From positions 1-64,000 of the IMG/VR virus record IMGVR_UViG_3300020220_004906: a stretch of 64,000 nucleotides of DNA. One strand, 5' to 3'. The notes below the pieces were generated by a model, which was not told the DNA's origin, searched no databases, and saw nothing but the letters and a program-made list of their open reading frames with translations. Of the stretch, positions 57,929-64,000 are shown one piece after another. The stretch comes from a virus. Numbering within the stretch: the first letter of the stretch is position 1; each line of letters opens with the position of its first letter. A program made the position numbers and the translations under genes.

Positions 57929-59328
57929 TATAATCCTGCTCTTTCAGCGACGATGGCCACTTCGTTGCCCGCTCTACTGATCCTCACAAAGCCATCATTG
58001 ACCAATTTTGTTGTGTCGGTCAACGTTCTGCTTCTATATATTTTTTTGACGTCATTGGATGCTGCTGTATATTCTATCTCGCTTTGGCTGATAGTAAGAC
58101 CTTTTCTTGACCCGACCTGTTTGTAATAAATCCCTGCTGCCACTTTATCTTGTGCCACCAAATTGGTTTGAACGAGATTAAAAGATTCTGTTGGCGAGAG
58201 GTAAAGCCTAGTGTCTAATACCCTAGTTGGGATTACTTGGTTGTTAGGATTGCTTTGATCACCTAAACTCTTTGATCGTGCCAATGATGGGGCCGCGGCA
58301 AGACCTGCCACGGCCAGAGCGCCGATGGAAAAACTGCCCACAGGATTGGTTACTGTGCCAGCTTGACGGGCAATATCTATCACTCCCTCTTTCACTATGC
58401 CTTTCAATTCTTCTTTCACTGCTTGTTTGGCTTTGATCTTTTTGGCATTGTTGTAGGTGTTTATGGCTCCAAGCACCGCTCCTAGATAATTGCCCTCTCT
58501 TACGTTGCCTATCACAGATCCAATGCCATCCACGATTCCTCCCTGCCCAAATATAGATGTGGTGCCTCGTCCCAACACACTGAGAGGGGAAGGTTCTTTG
58601 TCATAATGCAAAGTTGCGAACCCCGGCACAGATACCGGATCAACCTTACCTGCTGTGTATATGACGGTCTCGTAAAACAATTGCATGGTGTTGGTCAACA
58701 ATCCTTGCCCATCTGTTTGATCAAGATTGTCATGGCTGAAAGATCCAATGATTGGATTGACCAGAGTGAATCCGCTGAAAGTTTTTTTATGCAACACAAA
58801 TATTTGCACTGATTTAAGGAATGGTTTACCTCTTTTTTGTGAATTGTCCATTCCGAACTGTGTGACCGTTTTTCTATTGGTGTCATGATACATATCATCT
58901 TTGGCAATGTCTACAATTTGTGTCCTGTTTATAGATTGTGAATCTGCGATGTTGTACTCGTAATAGGCCTTCCAAAAGGCATTCACGGTATCAGCATGAT
59001 CATCATGGAAAACTATGTTCACAGGATTATATTTTATTCTTGTGCCCACATAGACTTTTTTATTGTATTGCAATCTTTCTTCAAGATTCATGTCATACTT
59101 GGGCAATTCACATGACTTGACCAACATGTTGAGTTCCAAACGTTCATTTGTGCTGAACGGCCTCACAGGTATGGTATTATCGATATTGAACACCACATGG
59201 AATAGGAATTTTTGTTTGGGTAGTAATCTAAAATTGTCGTCTATATATAATCTACTGGCGTGTTGAAAATCCTTCAATCCAGGAAGACCGTTTGAGAAAC
59301 CTTTTAAGAAATTATTGATCTTTGGCAT
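57928..59328 (-). CDS. Tail-tube-like / baseplate tube initiator protein
   Basis: LVK..ELP, QYN, Y.PV.I.FHDD tube-fold pattern; start MPKIN after TATAAATA. Confidence 0.6.
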   Translation of the reverse strand: MPKINNFLKGFSNGLPGLKDFQHASRLYIDDNFRLLPKQKFLFHVVFNIDNTIPVRPFSTNERLELNMLVKSCELPKYDMNLEERLQYNKKVYVGTRIKYNPVNIVFHDDHADTVNAFWKAYYEYNIADSQSINRTQIVDIAKDDMYHDTNRKTVTQFGMDNSQKRGKPFLKSVQIFVLHKKTFSGFTLVNPIIGSFSHDNLDQTDGQGLLTNTMQLFYETVIYTAGKVDPVSVPGFATLHYDKEPSPLSVLGRGTTSIFGQGGIVDGIGSVIGNVREGNYLGAVLGAINTYNNAKKIKAKQAVKEELKGIVKEGVIDIARQAGTVTNPVGSFSIGALAVAGLAAAPSLARSKSLGDQSNPNNQVIPTRVLDTRLYLSPTESFNLVQTNLVAQDKVAAGIYYKQVGSRKGLTISQSEIEYTAASNDVKKIYRSRTLTDTTKLVNDGFVRISRAGNEVAIVAERAGL

Positions 59329-59333
59329 ACCTA

Positions 59334-59341
59334 TATTTATA
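59334..59341 (-). promoter_or_regulatory. T4 late-type promoter TATAAATA
   Basis: Exact TATAAATA on the minus strand, 5 nt before ATG 59328. Confidence 0.65.
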
Positions 59342-59346
59342 GTCAC

Positions 59347-59376
59347 AAAAAAAGCGCCGTTAAAGGCGCTTCTTTT
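59347..59376 (-). terminator. Rho-independent terminator after the tail tube gene
   Basis: Minus strand AGCGCC-TTTAAC-GGCGCT followed by a T-run. Confidence 0.8.
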
Positions 59377-59397
59377 GCTATAAATGCAAATGTTCTA

Positions 59398-60024
59398 TTA
59401 TATACCGCCGCCTGTGCTTAATGTGCCTATGGTTCTTGTCACCCTTGTGCCGATTCCTGTGCCTTGCGGAGTTTGTACTGCGTTGTCGTATCTTATGTTG
59501 AGGCTGATGGTCACTGGATCGCTGGTGTTGTAAGCCAATGTGTTGTAATTCACTGATTCGACATAGGAACCATAAAGTTCCCAAGTTTCTAGTATACCTG
59601 CTGTGGAAGCACCATTACCGCCATCTAGCATTTCAATTCTAGTTGTGAATTTGTAGTCAATACCAGAAGCTGCAGAGGCTTGCTCAAAGAAATCAAATTG
59701 TTTCTGAATTTGTTCTCCCACTAATTTCGAAACTGAATTGTTGACGTCATCTCTCAATGTCAATGCGATCGGTTCCCAAGTGTGTTTACCAGCTGCATAT
59801 ACTTTAGAGTTGTAAACATCTAGTGTGACAGTATCAAAAGTTAGGTTTGGTCGTGTCACATCCATTACTTGTTTGGTGATTTCTGATCTTGGAGTGGACA
59901 CCCCAAAATTCTCGAGAACCACTCTGAAACGATACTGTAGTTTTGGCATCAACAAACCTTGTGATGCTGAACTCTGATCGTTTGCCAAAGGTACTGTAAA
60001 TTTGCTTAGTGTTGAAATTGCCAT
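59398..60024 (-). CDS. Tail tube protein (T4 gp19-like)
   Basis: PKL.YRFRV, AGK.TW..I...LRDD, E.W.L.G, L.Y, I.YDNA; follows the sheath gene. Confidence 0.85.
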   Translation of the reverse strand: MAISTLSKFTVPLANDQSSASQGLLMPKLQYRFRVVLENFGVSTPRSEITKQVMDVTRPNLTFDTVTLDVYNSKVYAAGKHTWEPIALTLRDDVNNSVSKLVGEQIQKQFDFFEQASAASGIDYKFTTRIEMLDGGNGASTAGILETWELYGSYVESVNYNTLAYNTSDPVTISLNIRYDNAVQTPQGTGIGTRVTRTIGTLSTGGGI

Positions 60025-60027
60025 ATA

Positions 60028-63000
60028 TTATACTCCAAGTTTCGCTATTTCACCTGTGTTTTTAATTCTCAACGGTATGTAGATGAACTCTACCGATTTC
60101 ACAGGTTCAATCGCTATGTCCACATACAGTTCGTTTCTGTCTATTCTAGCAGCAGTATTGTTACCCTCGTCACATACTACTAAGAAGTCATATAAAGCTC
60201 TCTTACCCACCAATTCTAACAAGAATGAGTCGATAGCTGATTTGATTTCATTTCTTGTCAAGGTATCGTTGGGTTCAAAAATAAACGGCTGGGCTATTCT
60301 GTCTAATTGTGTTCTTAGGAAAACAGTCAATCTTGCAACGTTGATTCTATCCAGAGATGAACTTCCGGCAGCTTTTGTCAGGTTACCAAAATTGACGATG
60401 CCGGCTCCTGCGAATGCTGTGATTGGATTTATTTTCACAGTATGCATGCTGTCTCTCACAGATTCAGTCAAGGATACTGTTTGAAATTCCCCTGTAGTAG
60501 CATCAATGTATCCTACAGATTGTGCATTGTTAACCACGCCTCTTCTAGTACCAGCTGGTGCAAACCATGGGAATCCCACATTGTCATTGTTCGCTAACAC
60601 TCTCAGCATCATGTGACTTGGTGGAACCACGATGATTTTTCCTTTATTGTCTGTGGTTCTTCCCGATGGATAAAACACTCCCATATATTCACTGGAAGTA
60701 GTCAAGCCATCTTCACCGTTGTCTGCGGCGTTGGCAGAGTTGTTCGACCAGTTAGTGATTGCTGTTGCCGTGCTGGCCAGTCTGAATGGAGTGTCCCCCA
60801 ATATGAATCCAGTGTAGTTTCTGTCGGCATTTAGATTCACCATTTCAGAAATCAATTCTGGATATCCAGGACAAGCGATGAGGTTGAAGCCTCTTTGGTC
60901 TTCTCTGATGGCCTGGTTGGTATTGATCTCTGATTTCAATTGTTGTACAATTACTTTTCTCACAGCTTTTCTGCCAAATGTGCCTGAGCCATCCGCGTTG
61001 TTGGCGTTTTTGGTCACCCATCTATCTTTGAAATATGTGGCCACGCTCTCGTTGCTGTTGAATCTTGTGTTACCTTTGCCGCTTGATCCAGATCCTGGAT
61101 ATTTGACAGTGGTTATGTGATTGTTTTTATATTCTTTCACGTTGAAACCAGACCTTCTGGTGTTCCATAGCAGCATACCTTTTGGATACAGTGCTGGATC
61201 CGGAGCATCAGGATCTAAGAAGTTATCAGACAGAAGATCTTTGATGCTGCCAGCATCGCCGGTTCCGCCCACTGAGTTTGAATCAGTTCTTCCTGCCGCC
61301 TTGTTCCACCTTGCATCGGCAAATAGTATGCCGGCTCCGGTGGTTTGATCACTTTTGTCTATCAACACAAAATCTGCACCATCTGCTAAGGTGGTGTCAT
61401 ATCTGTAAAGTTTTGGATAGTTTTCTGTATCACTGGAGTCAATCCATAAGTCACCGTTCACCAATGCAGTACCATCTGACTGTGTGGTAGGTTTCGTTGC
61501 TGTCAATTGCGGGCCATTGGGGTCGGTAGTTGCCAATGATCCACCTGATTGTGAAGCGGTGGTTCCATTTTTGTATCCAACGAATGTTGTGCCGTTGTGT
61601 ACTAGGATGTCAGCGTCTGTGCCTGAGTTGTACCATAAAGTTCCATCTGCTGGTTCGTTGCTGGGAGCAGTCACTGAAGCTGTGTAGCTCAAGCGCTTCC
61701 AGTTAGAAGCCATCACTGTGGCAGGAGCTGTGGAATCTTCCGTAGCACCAGCTGGGACGTCATACAAATTGTCTACCAATGTGCTTGAATTTGCTGTGTA
61801 GGTTCCGTAGCTGTGAGCAGCCGCAGCGCCGAATCCGGCATCTGAAAGTGCAGTGCCCGAATCCACGTCAAACATTCTGAAGTCTCCACCTTTGTTGTGT
61901 GTGATTTTAATAAAATTATCACTAGTAATTTCCGCCACGATGTTGACGAATCCCGCACCATTGATAGCCGCAACGAAGTCAGTGTTTGCTGTGCCACCAA
62001 GTGTCACTGTTTCTGATTGTTCTTCCAACGCTGCTTGTCCCACTATTGATTCAGCGATCTTGATTGAATGACCTGCTGTGAAAGTGGCTGCTGCGGTTTT
62101 AGATATGATAACGGTTTTTCCGCCTTCATATCTGAATACCTGGAAATCTGCCAGGCTATCTGTTGTGTCGAACGCGCCTAGCAATGATTGTTCGGTGACG
62201 TTGTATTGGGTGTAAAGTGTTCCTGCAGTGATGCCAGTGCCTCCACCAACAGGATCGATTCCATAGATGGCTGCATGATTGTTGGAATAGAAAGGGGCAT
62301 CCACTTCCGAGAATGCTTTGGTGGCTGAGTTGTATATTTTGATTACTACGTCAGCGCCCGCATTTGGAGTGGTGTATTTGAACCACACTGACCCAGTGGG
62401 TCTGTCTTCTTCTGCAGTTTTCCATAACGGTCTATTAATGTGCGAAGCTTGTAAAAATTTTGCATTAGCGCCAATGGCCGTTTTCCACGCTGCACTGCCC
62501 ACTTGCACCCAGGTATTGGACGTTGTTTTCAAATAAATCTTGTTTGTGACATGAGTGGTGTTGATAGCATATTGCCCAACAGTGCCAATCGATGTTAATG
62601 GAATGCCTGTAGATACACCACCAACTAAATTATCGGTCGATGTGATATAGATAGGAGTGATTGTGGTGAATGATTGATCTGTTGCCGACCATTCGAAAAT
62701 CCCAGGGACTATTTTATTTAGATCTAACCAATAGGTGCCGTTGGTTGGTGCTGATGTAGGAGCACTAGTAGAGTCCACCAGTTGACCTAGATCAACATTG
62801 GCTCGTAGTACGAAAGCTCTGTTGGCAATACCTAGAAATGAGTACGCTGCTTGTAGACCATACTCATTTAACTCATAACCATTCCGAGGATTGCTTGATG
62901 CATCTGTGAAAAATTTTGGATCTCCAAAAGTCTCAGTCAGCTCTCTCTGAGAAGAGATCAAATAAACGGTGTTTGCATTAGCACTTTTTGTGCCTGCTGC

Positions 63001-63135
63001 TGTGGCTGTGCCTGCTCCGTTCAATTTGTCTTGAGCAGTTGCTATGATTATTAAAGGCGTGGACGACGCGTCTGCTGGAACGTAGAAACTTTCGTCTAAA
63101 ACTTGTATTTCTACGCCTGGTGATGTTAATGCCAT
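60028..63135 (-). CDS. Tail sheath protein (T4 gp18-like) with large insertion
   Basis: SPGVE...DES, FGDP, PWFAPAG..RG, INPI, LDRINVARL, FEPND..TR, VVCD..NN, I.PVK..EFI. Confidence 0.95.
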   Translation of the reverse strand: MALTSPGVEIQVLDESFYVPADASSTPLIIIATAQDKLNGAGTATAAGTKSANANTVYLISSQRELTETFGDPKFFTDASSNPRNGYELNEYGLQAAYSFLGIANRAFVLRANVDLGQLVDSTSAPTSAPTNGTYWLDLNKIVPGIFEWSATDQSFTTITPIYITSTDNLVGGVSTGIPLTSIGTVGQYAINTTHVTNKIYLKTTSNTWVQVGSAAWKTAIGANAKFLQASHINRPLWKTAEEDRPTGSVWFKYTTPNAGADVVIKIYNSATKAFSEVDAPFYSNNHAAIYGIDPVGGGTGITAGTLYTQYNVTEQSLLGAFDTTDSLADFQVFRYEGGKTVIISKTAAATFTAGHSIKIAESIVGQAALEEQSETVTLGGTANTDFVAAINGAGFVNIVAEITSDNFIKITHNKGGDFRMFDVDSGTALSDAGFGAAAAHSYGTYTANSSTLVDNLYDVPAGATEDSTAPATVMASNWKRLSYTASVTAPSNEPADGTLWYNSGTDADILVHNGTTFVGYKNGTTASQSGGSLATTDPNGPQLTATKPTTQSDGTALVNGDLWIDSSDTENYPKLYRYDTTLADGADFVLIDKSDQTTGAGILFADARWNKAAGRTDSNSVGGTGDAGSIKDLLSDNFLDPDAPDPALYPKGMLLWNTRRSGFNVKEYKNNHITTVKYPGSGSSGKGNTRFNSNESVATYFKDRWVTKNANNADGSGTFGRKAVRKVIVQQLKSEINTNQAIREDQRGFNLIACPGYPELISEMVNLNADRNYTGFILGDTPFRLASTATAITNWSNNSANAADNGEDGLTTSSEYMGVFYPSGRTTDNKGKIIVVPPSHMMLRVLANNDNVGFPWFAPAGTRRGVVNNAQSVGYIDATTGEFQTVSLTESVRDSMHTVKINPITAFAGAGIVNFGNLTKAAGSSSLDRINVARLTVFLRTQLDRIAQPFIFEPNDTLTRNEIKSAIDSFLLELVGKRALYDFLVVCDEGNNTAARIDRNELYVDIAIEPVKSVEFIYIPLRIKNTGEIAKLGV

Positions 63136-63242
63136 TGTTTAGTCTCCTTGCAAGTATATCTAGACTTATTTAGCGTTGTGAATAGTTTTTGCGGCGTTAT
63201 CTTGTCATTTTTGGTGCCTATATAGGGCACGTAAATAATGCT

Positions 63243-63593
63243 ATGAAAAGACCACTTTGTAAAACTTGTATGAGTAATCCCAGGGCTTACGGCTATCGCA
63301 AACAAGAAAAAATCTATTGGCGTAGCCAGTGTGATACCTGCATACGTAAACAAAAAAATCTTAAAGTTACTGGTGCTTCTCGTTGGTTGCTTTCTGGATA
63401 CCGTAAAAAGGCTCGCTGCGAATTATGCGCTTTCAAAGCAGTCAATGAACAGCAAATGGACGTCTTTCATGTGGATGGCAACCGGAACAACACCAGTGTG
63501 TATAATTTGAAAACCATCTGCGCCAACTGCCAAAGATTAAAAAGTACCCAAGAATTGGGATGGTCTATTGGTGATTTAGAAGTAGATGATTGA
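63243..63593 (+). CDS. HNH-like / zinc-binding protein
   Basis: CxxC pairs; H.DGN..N...NL...C.NC; start MKRPLC after TAAATA. Confidence 0.7.
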   Translation: MKRPLCKTCMSNPRAYGYRKQEKIYWRSQCDTCIRKQKNLKVTGASRWLLSGYRKKARCELCAFKAVNEQQMDVFHVDGNRNNTSVYNLKTICANCQRLKSTQELGWSIGDLEVDD

Positions 63594-63999
63594 TCATATG
63601 ATCCACCTGCGTTTTTAGCGTCGCTAAACTGCCGGAGTTATCTATCTCATAATCAAATGTTTGTCCGATCCAATCCCACTCACTTTGATGCACTGTTTTT
63701 TCTTGCATTTCCTCTTTTGTGGGTATGGCGCCTCTTTTGATCAGAACAACTTTGCCTTTCAATGCCTTGATGGTTTCTATCTCATTAACAAATCTTGTGT
63801 CGCTGAGCACTATTTTTCCACCATTGTAGCGAGCAATAAATGAATCGATCCAGATGCTGTCATGGAAATGTCCCCGCATCACTTCTGTGCCCCAATACTG
63901 TAAAATGTATCGAGGGGTCACCGGCTGGTTGAGTTTGTTGCTCCAATAAGGATCAACTCTCTCCCTCCACATGCGACTCTCCTGTGTGGCTCCTTCCAG
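63565..63999 (-). CDS. Deoxynucleoside monophosphate kinase (T4 gp1-like), 5' part outside the window
   Basis: LEG.T.ESR.WRE, TPR..LQ.WGTE..R, SD.RF.NE, H.SE, IDN.G. Confidence 0.88.
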   Translation of the reverse strand: MEGATQESRMWRERVDPYWSNKLNQPVTPRYILQYWGTEVMRGHFHDSIWIDSFIARYNGGKIVLSDTRFVNEIETIKALKGKVVLIKRGAIPTKEEMQEKTVHQSEWDWIGQTFDYEIDNSGSLATLKTQVDHMINHLLLNHQ

Positions 64000-64000
64000 C

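Noticed and set aside
1-64000. CRISPR array, rRNA, integrase/transposase, introns or inteins in helicase/terminase/recombinase, alternative genetic code
   Set aside because: No repeat-spacer array or such genes were seen. Core genes are uninterrupted and of normal length, and TAA, TAG and TGA all terminate genes with dense coding under the standard code.

Overview
This window is part of a large lytic, T4-like (contractile-tailed) dsDNA phage genome with standard genetic code and dense coding. The host is probably an alphaproteobacterium, inferred from a Usg-family gene, TRAP DctP homologues and CspA/ClpP. About 1-21 kb is an accessory region, mostly on the + strand. It holds a flavodoxin-like reductase, CspA, cupin/2OG-type oxygenases, DUF1445, a mirror-ordered DctP / unknown / PP-loop ATPase cassette with a split DctP, a class III aminotransferase, ClpP, radical SAM enzymes, an FTR1 iron permease, five tRNAs and TauD. 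About 21-64 kb is mostly on the - strand. It holds a replication/repair block (two DnaE-type pieces, Nth, QueC-like, gp41 helicase, primase, clamp-loader small subunit, UvsW), a ~12 kb glycosyl/methyl/amido-transferase island, UvsY/UvsX/gp32, putative head proteins, terminase, head completion, tail tube and sheath, an HNH-like gene and a partial dNMP kinase. The best candidate for an undescribed system is the cassette at 4290-11141: DctP - X - PPloop - PPloop' - X' - DctP(N) | DctP(C1) - DctP(C2). None of its DctP proteins has a signal peptide, and no dctQM permease is present in the window. All calls come from motif recognition by eye; no database searches were run.
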